A stretch of 64,000 nt of DNA from Bacteroidota bacterium (lineage in GTDB: Bacteria > Bacteroidota > Ignavibacteria > UBA10030): NCBI GenBank assembly GCA_035390885.1, contig DAOOUW010000003.1, positions 1,432 through 65,431 on the forward strand, in the 5' to 3' direction. This document shows, in pieces, positions 47,281 to 57,599 of this stretch (position 1 is its first letter; each line of letters begins with the position of its first letter). Position numbers and translations under genes: made by a program. The notes beneath the pieces were generated by a model. The model saw nothing but the letters and a program-made list of their open reading frames with translations. It made no database searches and was not told the DNA's origin.

Positions 47281-47335
47281 CTTAATGTAAGAATCTATGT
47301 TTAGAACAATCATCGGTAACAATTCTGGAGATGCA

Positions 47336-48718
47336 ATGAAAAAACGAATCTTTATTATTTTCCAATTTATTATTACAACAACAGCATTTGCACTTGATTC
47401 GACGATGGTTGTATCAGGAGGAATTGCTCGCACACTTGCGTTGGGTGGAAGTCCTACAAATCCATTTCTGCTGGATCAAACAGATGTTCTCATCAATCCC
47501 GCATTCTTAAAAGAATACAGTAATTCAATTTTTCTTGAACTCGGAAACGATTTCAATAACGGTTCGGCATACCGTGCAAACAATCAATCATTCGGAGCGA
47601 GTTTCAATATTGGCTCGCTCACGTTGGGATGTATCATTGGAATGCGTGAAGGACCGATGTTTGCAGAAAATTCCATTGGCTATCAGAGCGGTGGTTCATT
47701 CCTTGCCTGTGATTACATGAAGGCTGCTCTTGATTCATACCTGCAGGGTCTCTCAGTTTGGCAAACGACAGAACCAACAATGCCGTTTTAAATAATAGGC
47801 GCAATGAAATTCAGTAATGCTACCGCAGGCATTTCGCTCTACTTTTCTCACTGGGGAAGAAATGATCAAGGAGCTGGTAGTGTATCGGCAGAAAAAACTT
47901 GCTCAGTATCTCTTGAACAGTACGGGATCAAAGGCGGCGTTCTTTTACCTCTTTCTCATAAGATAACCGGTGACTTCTCAGGATGTTTACGATTGAACAG
48001 AGCGACTGCAGATTATCATAATACTATGCCTCAAGCTCCTCTTCTGTCGTCTTCCTTTTCAAGTAATGGGTATGAAATGGCGCTCTCGACTCGTTTCTTG
48101 TTCAACATATCTCCAACTTTGATAGTTATTCCCTATGTATGTGGGGAATATTTTAAGTACAATCCTGAGCTTTCTTACTCTCCAATAATCTATCTCAGTG
48201 TGCCTTACCCAAATGAATACTGGAAAAAGAAAGTTGAATTTGGGTGCGGGGCGCTCCATCATTTTTCAAAAGGATTAGTAAGCGGTGGAATTTCATTCCA
48301 GTACATTTCTCTTACAAATGATGCAACAACAAAAAATGGAAATCTTCCACAATTAACTCATTACTCACGATCATTTCTAAACTTTCCTACATTTCAGGCT
48401 GGGGTGGAATATGCTCTTACTCCTTGGCTAACAGGACGGACAGGATTTTTCAAACGACTTACATGTCAAACGACGCATACCGATCCGCCACCTCCTTTGA
48501 ATCCAACGGAAAGTTCGACCACGGTTGAACTTCCCTTTGTTCCTGCGTATGGACTTTCTGCTCAAGAACAAACATTGTCGCTTGGACTTGGAATTTCACT
48601 TGGGAATGTTTCTATCAATACATACGTCGCAGAACAGGTGATAGGGAGCGGAACCTATCTCTTAAGCGGAATCCAGCAAAGTATTTTTGGGATTGTGTCG
48701 TTAAGTTATAAACTATAG
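47336..48718 (+). pseudogene. Outer-membrane beta-barrel gene interrupted by a single in-frame TAA (47789-47791)
   Basis: ORFs 47297-47791 and 47804-48718 are in the same frame and are separated only by TAA ATA ATA GGC GCA. The first half carries the signal peptide (MKKRIFIIFQFIITTTAFA). The second half ends with the barrel-like ...IFGIVSLSYKL. Confidence 0.6.
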
Positions 48719-48745
48719 TAAAGGTACGATGATGGATCCTCTTTC

Positions 48746-48811
48746 AACCCAAATTATGCATTAGAAATTCACAAAGACTGTTGCCTCATCACGCCTTACA
48801 GCGCCTCAGCC
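48746..48811 (+). repeat. Truncated intergenic repeat copy (left flank plus first part of core)
   Basis: AACCCAAATTATGCATTAGAAATTCACAAAGA, then CTGTTGCCTCATCACGCCTTACAGCGCCTCAGCC. It lies between convergent gene ends. Confidence 0.7.
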
Positions 48812-48843
48812 TTTACTGTAATTTCTTATCATCAACTCACAAA

Positions 48844-49794
48844 CTATGGCAAGGAAGCGAACGTGCTTTTGAGCTTTTCAGCAGATTGGCAGAATCCTTC
48901 TTCCTCTTCTTTACTCATTGGCAATGTGAGGACTTCTTCGATACCGTTTGCGCCGACAACACAAGGAAGACTCAGACACATATCGGTTACGCCATATTGA
49001 CCCGTCATTAGCGTCGATACAGAAAGCACCGAGCGGTAATTTCCAAGTATTGCTTCGACAATCGAGAGCAATCCTAATCCAATAGCATAGTACGTTGCTC
49101 CTTTGCGTTTAATAATTTCATACGCTGCGTCTCTCACACTAACAAAGAGAGCATTCATATCTTCGTGATTATATTTTTTGTGTTTGAGAGGAGCAAATTC
49201 CTGTAACCGTACGCCGCCGATGTTTGCTAAGCTCCATAGGGGAATTTCACTATCGCCATGTTCGCCAACGATATATGCATGCACGCTTCGTGGATCGACG
49301 CCGTAGTACTGTCCTAGTAAAAATCGAAACCGAGAAGTGTCGAGAATCGTTCCAGAACCAATTACTTTTGCCGGCGGGAGCTTCGATTCTTTCAGAGAAA
49401 TGTAAGTCAATATATCAACGGGATTCGTTGCAATGAGAATGATTCCCTCAGGATTGTAACGTACAATTTTTGGTACAATCGAACGAAAAATTTCTGCGTT
49501 ACGAGTCAGAAGGTTAAGTCTTGATTCACCGGGCCGTTGCGCTGTACCAGCTGTTACCACCACCACATTTGCTCCTGCAAGGTCAGGGTAATCTCCCGCG
49601 ATGATTCTCATCGGTTTGGTAAAAGACAATCCATGATTGAGGTCCATCATTTCGCCGATAGCACGGTCGACAACATCGTTCACCAGTACTAATTCACCTG
49701 CAATTCCTCGCTGCATTAACGCATACGCAAAGGATGATCCAACCATACCAGTGCCAACGAGTCCAACTTTGCGCGAGCTTCTTTGTTCAAACAT
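48844..49794 (-). CDS. ldh: L-lactate dehydrogenase
   Basis: KVGLVGTGMVGSSFAYAL is the Rossmann motif. AGTAQRPGESRL has the Gln that discriminates LDH from MDH. GEHGDSEIPLWS. Start at ATG 49794, preceded by AAGGAG. Confidence 0.88.
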   Translation of the reverse strand: MFEQRSSRKVGLVGTGMVGSSFAYALMQRGIAGELVLVNDVVDRAIGEMMDLNHGLSFTKPMRIIAGDYPDLAGANVVVVTAGTAQRPGESRLNLLTRNAEIFRSIVPKIVRYNPEGIILIATNPVDILTYISLKESKLPPAKVIGSGTILDTSRFRFLLGQYYGVDPRSVHAYIVGEHGDSEIPLWSLANIGGVRLQEFAPLKHKKYNHEDMNALFVSVRDAAYEIIKRKGATYYAIGLGLLSIVEAILGNYRSVLSVSTLMTGQYGVTDMCLSLPCVVGANGIEEVLTLPMSKEEEEGFCQSAEKLKSTFASLP

Positions 49795-49859
49795 AATCTT
49801 CTCCTTTTCTATTCCTAACATTTGAACATTTTTAAAAGTTCCTGCATTGTTCAACAATA

Positions 49860-51050
49860 TTAGCTATTCGTTTTCTGTTTCTTGAGCAATAAGGGAACAT
49901 CCTCTGCTGGAAATGAAAAATCAGGATAAATGTAACGTTCATCGAGCATCGATGATGAACCGTCAATTTCTTCGAATGCAGTATAAGTAGAAAGATCGCC
50001 AACATCCATAATACGAGCAATCCTGCGATATGAATCTGAAACTCCCTGTTGCGCTATCTCGACATTTATGCCAACGTCGACTCGAACTGGAACGGTGATG
50101 CCCTTCGGCATAAAGAGAGCATTTCGGATAAGCACATCAAATCCATACTGGGTGTTGAATGGAATTTTTTCGTAAATCTCTAACGGCGCTTGTTGATATG
50201 CTCCAGTTGCAATAGCATAGAGACCGGTAAGAATACTTACCGCGTTAAGTTTCCTGATGGCGAATTTATCAGGATCGCCTTTCCATCCTCCTGATTCAAC
50301 AAGAACAGTACTCGTCCCCCAACGTTGAATACTATCTCCGAAGGCTCGCGGTTCGTAGGTGTCGTCCCATCGAGCAATGGAATGAGGAGCAAACGTACCA
50401 ACAATAGTTGCCAGCAATGAAGCAAGATGTTTTGCGCGAATCCTCACTTCGTTATCAGAACGCCGCTCATTGATGGCGGGTGCAAGAAAGGCGAAAGCTG
50501 CAATCTTTTTTGTATTGCCTACAGTTAGGCGCGGATCCTGATCGTGTAGATTGAAGCCAAACATCGGTTCGATTTCATCTCTGACTCGTTTGAGAATCCG
50601 AGCTTCCGGTGTTTGCAATGCAAGCGCATCGCGATTCATATCAATGTGATACGCTGTCCTTCGTGTAAATCGTTCTGCGCCATCGGGATTGAGCATCGGA
50701 ATCATAGAGAGCGATAGCTTTTCCAAAATCAACTTTGCAACAGGATGTTCAGCGTGTTGATGAAACCAACCCAAAATATCTACCAAAGCCATTGTTGCTG
50801 TTGGTTCATCTCCATGCATCTGAGACCACAGCAGTACTTTGGTTGCTCCATTACCAAGCGAGTAACAATGGATTGTACGACCTTCTGCAGATGCGCCAAC
50901 AATTTTTTTAGATAAAAAATTAGAACCATCATACTGTTGAAGCCAGCCGAGCATATCGCTTTGAGTAAAGCGAGATGTTGTAATCGAATGGTTCGAATAG
51001 GATTCGTATGTATCAAAAAGTTCGTGAGCAAATTTGAGCAATTCTTCCAT
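49860..51050 (-). CDS. M14-family zinc carboxypeptidase-like protein
   Basis: SQMHGDEPTAT contains HxxE, and NPDGAE is present. No signal peptide seen. Confidence 0.6.
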   Translation of the reverse strand: MEELLKFAHELFDTYESYSNHSITTSRFTQSDMLGWLQQYDGSNFLSKKIVGASAEGRTIHCYSLGNGATKVLLWSQMHGDEPTATMALVDILGWFHQHAEHPVAKLILEKLSLSMIPMLNPDGAERFTRRTAYHIDMNRDALALQTPEARILKRVRDEIEPMFGFNLHDQDPRLTVGNTKKIAAFAFLAPAINERRSDNEVRIRAKHLASLLATIVGTFAPHSIARWDDTYEPRAFGDSIQRWGTSTVLVESGGWKGDPDKFAIRKLNAVSILTGLYAIATGAYQQAPLEIYEKIPFNTQYGFDVLIRNALFMPKGITVPVRVDVGINVEIAQQGVSDSYRRIARIMDVGDLSTYTAFEEIDGSSSMLDERYIYPDFSFPAEDVPLLLKKQKTNS

Positions 51051-51202
51051 AAGCGTCTTTCATTGAATGTTTGAATTTCGATGATGTAAGATACAAGAAA
51101 CTTCTTTCTTAAACATCATTGGTAGGAATTTTTCGCCGCGCTGGTTTCTTGCTCCTATCAGTAAATTTCACTACCATTTCCAAAAGTATAAATCAAATTG
51201 TT

Positions 51203-51868
51203 ATGACAAAACAACAGAAATCACATCGTCAACAAACATCGAAGCCGCCAAACGTATCTCTATCGTTTGATGAAAGTCAGAAGTCAGAAAATCGGCGTGA
51301 GGAAATTCGGCTTGTAAGGCTTGCTAAGCAAGGGAATCAGAATGCATTCAAGGAACTGAGACTTAAGTATCACGGAGCGCTCACGCATTTTGTCGCACGG
51401 CTTGTGAACAGAAGGGAAGAAGTTGACGATTTAGTACAGGAGGCTTTCATTAAAGCGTTCACATCCATTCAGAATTACAACGAGGAATTCGCATTCTCGA
51501 CTTGGCTTTTTAAGATTGCTGCAAACAATTCCATCGACTACTTGCGAAAGAAGAAACTCCACACATTTTCCATCAATACGCCATTTGAAACAGAAGATGA
51601 AGAATATACATTCGAGCTTCCCGATACCGACTTAAGGCCGGACCAACTTCTCATTTCGAATCAACGTTCGAAAATGCTCGAAGAAGCAATGGAATCTCTC
51701 CCGCCGAAGTATCGGCAGGTTATTTACATGCGTCATGTGGAGGAAATGGAATATTCAGAAATTGCAAAGGCTCTCGATGAACCACTGGGAACGGTAAAAG
51801 CCCACATCTTTCGTGCGCGTGAAATGCTCTACAAACAACTCAAGCATAAAATACGTCATTATGAATGA
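51203..51868 (+). CDS. ECF-type RNA polymerase sigma-70 factor
   Basis: Region 2 is FSTWLFKIAANNSIDYLRKKK. Region 4 is YSEIAKALDEPLGTVKAHIFRAREML. ATG at 51203 chosen, since the upstream extension in the ORF track is hydrophobic and has no homology. Confidence 0.88.
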   Translation: MTKQQKSHRQQTSKPPNVSLSFDESQKSENRREEIRLVRLAKQGNQNAFKELRLKYHGALTHFVARLVNRREEVDDLVQEAFIKAFTSIQNYNEEFAFSTWLFKIAANNSIDYLRKKKLHTFSINTPFETEDEEYTFELPDTDLRPDQLLISNQRSKMLEEAMESLPPKYRQVIYMRHVEEMEYSEIAKALDEPLGTVKAHIFRAREMLYKQLKHKIRHYE

Positions 51869-51924
51869 AACTTTTCACTTCCTCAATCGTAAGCAAAAAG
51901 TAAGCAAAGAATCCTCGACACAAT

Positions 51925-52782
51925 ATGAAACAGATATTTACTATACTTATACTCATCATTCTTAACGGCGCAAATGTTTTTGCACTTGTAGAAACACGGC
52001 ATAGAGAGTACCCTTTTTCGAAAGAGAAACGTCTTCGCATCGAGCTCGAAGTCGCGGTTGGCGAGTTGTACATCAAATCTGGTCCCAGCGAAAAGATCGC
52101 TGTCATTGATTATGAAGAATCCGCCGAACTCTCTCAGAAATTGAGCATGACGTATTCGTTAGATGGCACAACAGGAGTTTTAAGAATCAAATTGAAGGAT
52201 GAAATGAAACTCTTTAAGAATGACTCGAAAAAGAAGAAGGACTATCGGCGGCTAACCCTCAACATTGCTGAATCGATTCCAGTAGAAATGAAAATTGAGA
52301 TAGGCGCTGGAGAGTGCAATATCGATCTTTCAAAACTATATATTAAATCTCTGGAGCTTTCCGTTGGTGCAAGTAATGTTGAGCTGTATACCTCGACGCC
52401 GAACAAAATTTTCGCAGAGAACATTACTATTGAATGCGGCGTTGGAAAATTTGTTGGGAAACATCTTGCAAATCTTAATTTTAGAACGCTCGATTTTCAG
52501 GGCGGCGTCGGTTCATATTCTTTGGAGTTTGACGGTACGCTCCGTCAATCCGGCGATGTTTCTGTTGAAGTCGGCGTTGGTTCAGTATCACTGCTATTTC
52601 CACCCTCCATTCCTGTAAAAATATATTGCGAAGACCATTGGCTTTCCAGCGCTCACGTTGATGGAAACTTTGACAAACCCTCCTCAGGCATTTTTTTGAC
52701 GCGAAACTTAAATTATTCCGAGCCCTTTATTACTGTACGAGTGCAATCTGGCATTGGCAGTGTGCAGATCCGGCAAAAGTAG
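51925..52782 (+). CDS. Exported repetitive beta-rich protein (toast-rack/DUF4097-like, tentative)
   Basis: Signal/anchor MKQIFTILILIILNGANVFA. Repeated xVGxGxxxL strands (IEIGAGECNIDL, LSVGASNVELY, IECGVGKFVG, VEVGVGSVSLLF). It follows the ECF sigma gene. Confidence 0.5.
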   Translation: MKQIFTILILIILNGANVFALVETRHREYPFSKEKRLRIELEVAVGELYIKSGPSEKIAVIDYEESAELSQKLSMTYSLDGTTGVLRIKLKDEMKLFKNDSKKKKDYRRLTLNIAESIPVEMKIEIGAGECNIDLSKLYIKSLELSVGASNVELYTSTPNKIFAENITIECGVGKFVGKHLANLNFRTLDFQGGVGSYSLEFDGTLRQSGDVSVEVGVGSVSLLFPPSIPVKIYCEDHWLSSAHVDGNFDKPSSGIFLTRNLNYSEPFITVRVQSGIGSVQIRQK

Positions 52783-53043
52783 CAGGCTTGGTTTTTAGCG
52801 CTTTCCACCCCTTTCTTTCAGAAATGACTTTGCTTTCACACATTCCATGACGTAATGAACAGCGCTTAAGTTAATCTATTCCATCTAAGGATATTCAAGC
52901 GGTTTCCGAACACTTGAGTATTCATCTCCGTATGTAGAAAAAATTTAATTTATCTAAGTAAATTTTCCTCCTTGATATTATTGCTTCTACAGCAGTGTTT
53001 TTCTAAATTCCAAACAACGTGGATCAGTTATATTAAGTAAATT

Positions 53044-54975
53044 ATGTTGAGGCGAAGTATGAAATTCAAATGTGTATGCGTGGGGTTGCTCGCCCTTTGT
53101 TTTTCAAATGCTATTTCACAAGTTCCATCGGCGCAATTAACGATAAAAGAAAAATCAGGATTTTTAGGAATGGGAGGACCTCGCGTTGTTCACATACAAC
53201 TTTCCTCTCAAGAACCACAAGCTCCAATTACTTCTGACAATGTCAATAGCGGCGCATATTACTATTTCTTTGTAACTCCTTTTGGCGATTGGAAGTTAGA
53301 TGAAGCATTCCTTACAGAAGAGCTCTCGAAAGTTTCAATATATCAGGATGGAAAAGTATTTCCAATCGAGTGGAAAAGTTCACTCCTTACAATCGGAAAC
53401 GGCGCTGCGTTGCTTGGATTTTCTAAATCGCTAAAAATCCATCAAGTATTCCTTTTTCAATGCACACTTATCGAAAAAGTAAATCAAGTTGAATTTACCG
53501 TGCCGCAGGAATATTGGCCCGGATACTCGATCCTTATATCTAATCTGGACAGAGCTCGGAACGAGGAACAAGCATCGAGGTATCGGGAAGCAATTTGGTA
53601 CTACGATCAAATTGTCTCCAACCAATCATTTAATATTTTCCCGCAGTATGATAGTATCAAAACGCTGCGAGTTTCGGCTTTTGAAAAAATCCACGATGGA
53701 GTATGGAGTTCTTTTCAATCTCTCATGCAATCCGAAAATATTACGGGAAACTATAAGAACGTCATCAGTCAACTTGATAATTACAAACCATCATTGCAGT
53801 ATATTCTTGACTCTCTCCCGAGGCCGCAATGGAATATCAGCTCATTAGATCCACCTGTTGTTCCTGTTCTCTCGAAAGCTCGAGAATCGTTAATACAAAT
53901 TTCAACGGTGCGAGATTCACTTCAACATGTTTGGGATGAAGAGACAATACGTTGGATTCTCAATAGCTCATCTTTAGGAAAAAATGGGTATCTCTATCAG
54001 TATATCATTGAAACGTTGGCGTATGCGTTCTCTTCTCTTCCTTTTGAGGATACAACTATTACTTCGCTTCAGGTCAATATTCCGGATGAGCTTCGGCAGC
54101 GATTAGTCAAGAACAATTTGACCGAATCCTATGAGACTTTCATCAGAGTTTGCAACGAACGATTCCAGATGCACTTGCCAATCTTTCCTGTTGAGTTCCT
54201 TCCGAACCTGAGAAATGATACAGCTTCCTTCCCTCTTCCATACTATTCGATGCTAAAAGCAGTCAATGATTACTATAGTGGAAATTGGGTGGATGCGCAA
54301 AATGAAGTTTTCACGATTTTCCGAACGTGTTACGAACAAGAACTCACAACTCGATTCGATGCATTACGAGTTGCAATTCGAAACAGACAAACATCTCTTT
54401 CATCGGATATTCTGTCGCTCCTCAAGGAAGCTCAGCAAGCCGAGGCAAAGCGAGATGTCAACGGCGCAACAGAACGCTATCGGCAGGTTACGTTAGTTGC
54501 CCCGGACTTTGCGTATGGTTTTTTCCTCTTTGGAAAATTTTATGCACGCACCGGCGATATCAATAGAGCGATCTTTTACTTCCAGCGCGCATACGAACTC
54601 GATACGATGTACCTTTCCGCATATCGTGAGTGCTATAATAGTTATTTAAAACTTGGAAACTACAAACCGATGATTGATGTAATGAACACCGCTCTTGCAA
54701 AAGGAAACAATTTCTGGGAAATCCATTTCAACCTTGGCATGGCATATATGGGAGATGGCGATCTGGCTAAAGCGATTCAGCACTATGAGCAAGCTTTGAT
54801 GCTAAACCCCAAAAGCTACAAAGCAAATCTACAGCTTGGACTCGCCTATCAGAACGCGAAGAACTATCAAAAAGCTCGTGAGTACTTCAACAATGCAATT
54901 GGCATCGATCCTGCTCGTCAGGAAGCGGTTGATTATTTGACAAAGCTTAACGAGCTGCAACGGATGGGGAAATAG
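53044..54975 (+). CDS. Secreted TPR-repeat protein
   Basis: Signal peptide KFKCVCVGLLALCFSNAISQ. The C-terminal 150 aa contain clear TPR units (GDLAKAIQHYEQALMLNPKSYKANLQLGLAYQNAKNYQKAREYFNNAIGIDP). The alternative start at 53059 is equally possible. Confidence 0.75.
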   Translation: MLRRSMKFKCVCVGLLALCFSNAISQVPSAQLTIKEKSGFLGMGGPRVVHIQLSSQEPQAPITSDNVNSGAYYYFFVTPFGDWKLDEAFLTEELSKVSIYQDGKVFPIEWKSSLLTIGNGAALLGFSKSLKIHQVFLFQCTLIEKVNQVEFTVPQEYWPGYSILISNLDRARNEEQASRYREAIWYYDQIVSNQSFNIFPQYDSIKTLRVSAFEKIHDGVWSSFQSLMQSENITGNYKNVISQLDNYKPSLQYILDSLPRPQWNISSLDPPVVPVLSKARESLIQISTVRDSLQHVWDEETIRWILNSSSLGKNGYLYQYIIETLAYAFSSLPFEDTTITSLQVNIPDELRQRLVKNNLTESYETFIRVCNERFQMHLPIFPVEFLPNLRNDTASFPLPYYSMLKAVNDYYSGNWVDAQNEVFTIFRTCYEQELTTRFDALRVAIRNRQTSLSSDILSLLKEAQQAEAKRDVNGATERYRQVTLVAPDFAYGFFLFGKFYARTGDINRAIFYFQRAYELDTMYLSAYRECYNSYLKLGNYKPMIDVMNTALAKGNNFWEIHFNLGMAYMGDGDLAKAIQHYEQALMLNPKSYKANLQLGLAYQNAKNYQKAREYFNNAIGIDPARQEAVDYLTKLNELQRMGK

Positions 54976-54999
54976 ATACAATTTATGTAAAGGAATTTT

Positions 55000-56400
55000 A
55001 TGGCTGTACAGGACCTTAGTCAGGAAGAAAAATTAAGACGTATTTCTGCTTTATTGCATCAAGTCGATGAAGATGTGAAAGCAAAGAATCTCGAGGGCGC
55101 GCTTGAAAAAATTCGCCAGGTATATGAGTTCGACATCAAAAACATCTATGCGCGAGCGTACGAAGAGCGTATTCTCGTAATGATGATGGAACGCGACCGT
55201 GAACGGGTGATGAAAGAAGCGGAACAAAAAGCGGCGGAAAAAATTGATGCGGAAGTGAAACGCCGCTTGAAAGATTTCTATCGTCAGCAGGAAGTTGACG
55301 CCGAGAAGCGACGCACTGCAGCCAGAAAAGAAGAAGTACTCGAAGAACGCGCCCGGCAAGCGTCGGTAAGCGAAGTAAAACAAGAGACAAGTAAAGATCT
55401 CTCCGCTATCGAAAAAGAAACCCTCCAGCGCATCGAGGATTTAGAGAAAAGACTTCTTGCGACAATGGCGGCGCCAGCGCAATCCGCCTCGGTTGAGCTG
55501 TCTACAAAGAAGCTTAAAGAGGAGTATGAAGCGAAGCTCCTGGCATACAAAAAGCAGTATGAAGAAGCTGAGGCGGAACGAAAGAAAATTCAGGAAGAAG
55601 CATTTGCTCGTATGAAGGAAGAGCAACAACGCACACAGGAACAGCTCATTCAGAAATTCGAAGAAGAACGAAGACTCATCATCGAACGCGAGCGTGAAAA
55701 AGAGAAACAACACTCACTCGATGTATACAAATCGATTATGACTCTTTTGATGGAAATGCACGTTTCAGGAGATATACAATCTTCGATCCTCCAATCGCTT
55801 AAAATTTCCCTTGGCATTAGCGATACTGAACATATGACAATAGAACGAGAAGTTCAGGTTCGAGCATACATCGAAGCGGTGCGCTTGCTCTATCAAGCTC
55901 CACAACAAACCGAGGAAGATCAACTCCATTTGAAGAATCTACGAGAACTCTTCCACATCAATGAAGATGAACATTTATCAATTGTAAAACGAATTACGAA
56001 AGAGCTTGGACTTCCAGACGAAACAGCGGTTATTATTGCCATTGATGATGATCCCGCGATTCGAATGTACATCGATCATATTCTCAAACGCACGTACAAA
56101 ACGGTTATTACAAGCGTCAATGCGGAAAGCGCTATTGTCGAAATTCAAAAAACCCCGCCATCGCTTATTATTAGCGACGTAAATCTCGGTACTGGCGTGA
56201 TGAGCGGTTTTACATTTTTTGAAAAAGTTCGAAATGGAGAATATGGAGAATCTCTCAAAAATCTTCCGCTCATTCTCATTAGTTCTATGGAAGATGAATT
56301 TTTCCTCCGAAGCGCTCGTCAGTTAAAAGTCAAAACATACATTACAAAACCATTTACAAAGGAACAGCTGGAGACGGCAGTAAAAGAAGCGCTCGCCTAA
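55000..56400 (+). CDS. Response regulator with C-terminal receiver domain and ~330-aa E/K/R-rich coiled-coil N-terminal region
   Basis: REC motifs IAIDDDP, LIISDVNL (phospho-Asp), LISS and TKPF. The N-terminal region is charged heptad-like (EAEQKAAEKIDAEVKRRLK...). No DNA-binding domain. Confidence 0.8.
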   Translation: MAVQDLSQEEKLRRISALLHQVDEDVKAKNLEGALEKIRQVYEFDIKNIYARAYEERILVMMMERDRERVMKEAEQKAAEKIDAEVKRRLKDFYRQQEVDAEKRRTAARKEEVLEERARQASVSEVKQETSKDLSAIEKETLQRIEDLEKRLLATMAAPAQSASVELSTKKLKEEYEAKLLAYKKQYEEAEAERKKIQEEAFARMKEEQQRTQEQLIQKFEEERRLIIEREREKEKQHSLDVYKSIMTLLMEMHVSGDIQSSILQSLKISLGISDTEHMTIEREVQVRAYIEAVRLLYQAPQQTEEDQLHLKNLRELFHINEDEHLSIVKRITKELGLPDETAVIIAIDDDPAIRMYIDHILKRTYKTVITSVNAESAIVEIQKTPPSLIISDVNLGTGVMSGFTFFEKVRNGEYGESLKNLPLILISSMEDEFFLRSARQLKVKTYITKPFTKEQLETAVKEALA

Positions 56401-56430
56401 TTCTTATTTTGTTGAATAATGCCAATAGAA

Positions 56431-56547
56431 TAGTGGCTTCGATATGAGCTATCGCTCACCTCAGCCGTCGTCGGGATTTCGGTTGCCGAGTAGCCGTAAG
56501 GCGTATCGAGGCAACACTCTGCAAGTTTCAAAAACTTAATTTTGGGT
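56431..56547 (-). repeat. Intergenic repeat copy (core 56433-56515 plus reverse-complement left-flank module)
   Basis: GTGGCTTCGATATGAGCTATCGCTCACCTCAGCCGTCGTCGGGATTTCGGTTGCCGAGTAGCCGTAAGGCGTATCGAGGCAAC, then ACTCTGCAAGTTTCAAAAACTTAATTTTGGGT. It lies between convergent gene ends. Confidence 0.85.
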
Positions 56548-56621
56548 AGAAGCTTTCGCTTCCCCTATTTCTTCTCTTCTACTTGTCAAAGATACCCGGA
56601 AAATTTGTTGGATTGTACGCT

Positions 56622-57170
56622 CTACCGCAATGGAATACGGTAGCGAAGCGTAACGCCCCCATTCAGTTGAGTAGAAACATCGAAGTCGTACAGCGTTGCG
56701 CCGACGTAAGCATCGACAATATTAAGGATATAGGTAAGAGCAAGGTAGAGTGTAAACTCATCTCGTTTGTCGTGGTAGTAATCGCGTGTACTCTTGTAAA
56801 AAGTATTCCCGATGTGTGAAATCGTATCCTGTTCTACGGAAAGTCGGTATTGCTCTCTGAAATCTTTATAATATGAATCTGCTTTGTGATACTGCGAGTA
56901 AAAGAAAGCGCCGCATCCCCAGATAATTGGAATCGTATAATATCGCTTTGCATATACCTGACCGGCTCCCGGAAGAGCGGCGGAAAGCGCAATTGCAAGC
57001 TTACCGGATTTCGGTTGACGAAGAACAGGCGAAACTTGTTGCGGCTGTGTTGCTTTGATTGAGTCCGAAACGATTTCTAAATGATAAATTGCATCCTGAC
57101 TCAAGAGAGAGGATGAAAATTCAAAGCACAAAATGGCAAAAAGAATTGTGTATCGTAGTAAGCGCTTCAC
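56622..57170 (-). CDS. DUF5683-like membrane protein
   Basis: Signal/anchor, then LSAALPGAGQVYAKRYYTIPIIWG, which resembles the DUF5683 signature common in Bacteroidota-like genomes. Confidence 0.6.
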   Translation of the reverse strand: MKRLLRYTILFAILCFEFSSSLLSQDAIYHLEIVSDSIKATQPQQVSPVLRQPKSGKLAIALSAALPGAGQVYAKRYYTIPIIWGCGAFFYSQYHKADSYYKDFREQYRLSVEQDTISHIGNTFYKSTRDYYHDKRDEFTLYLALTYILNIVDAYVGATLYDFDVSTQLNGGVTLRYRIPLR

Positions 57171-57172
57171 GA

Positions 57173-57559
57173 TTATTCAACAATTGCTACAACTTCTATT
57201 TCAACGAGCGCATCTTTTGGAAGACGAGAGACCTCAACCGTCGAGCGAGCTGGCGCTAACGTATCGAAGTATTTTGCATACACTTCGTTCATCGCTGCAA
57301 AATCATTCATATCTTGTAAGAAAACAGTTGTTTTGATAACATTTTTGAACGACGATCCTCCAGCCGCTAGAATTTCTCCAAGATTGTGGAGCGCCTGTTC
57401 TGTTTGTTCTTTAATTGTAGAGCCAACGATCGTGTTTGTTTGCGGATGAAGCGGAATTTGACCTGCAGTGTACAGAAACTTATTATCAACAAGAATAGCC
57501 TGTGAATATGGACCTACCGCGGGCGGTGCATTCGGTGTAAAGATAACTCTAAGCGACAT
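57173..57559 (-). CDS. ridA: RidA/YjgF-family reactive-intermediate deaminase
   Basis: [27 protein letters not shown] and [23 protein letters not shown]. Start trimmed to ATG 57559, because the longer ORF overlaps parB. Confidence 0.88.
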   Translation of the reverse strand: MSLRVIFTPNAPPAVGPYSQAILVDNKFLYTAGQIPLHPQTNTIVGSTIKEQTEQALHNLGEILAAGGSSFKNVIKTTVFLQDMNDFAAMNEVYAKYFDTLAPARSTVEVSRLPKDALVEIEVVAIVE

Positions 57560-57599
57560 TCTGTTTTTTATCCTCTTAAGGTTGAGATCATTATCTTTT

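Noticed and set aside
55051-55713. Cluster of four antisense ORFs (84-110 aa) opposite the response-regulator gene
   Set aside because: They are explained by the GAA/AAG/GCG-rich coiled-coil coding region, which is stop-poor on the opposite strand. They are F/L/S-rich nonsense sequences.
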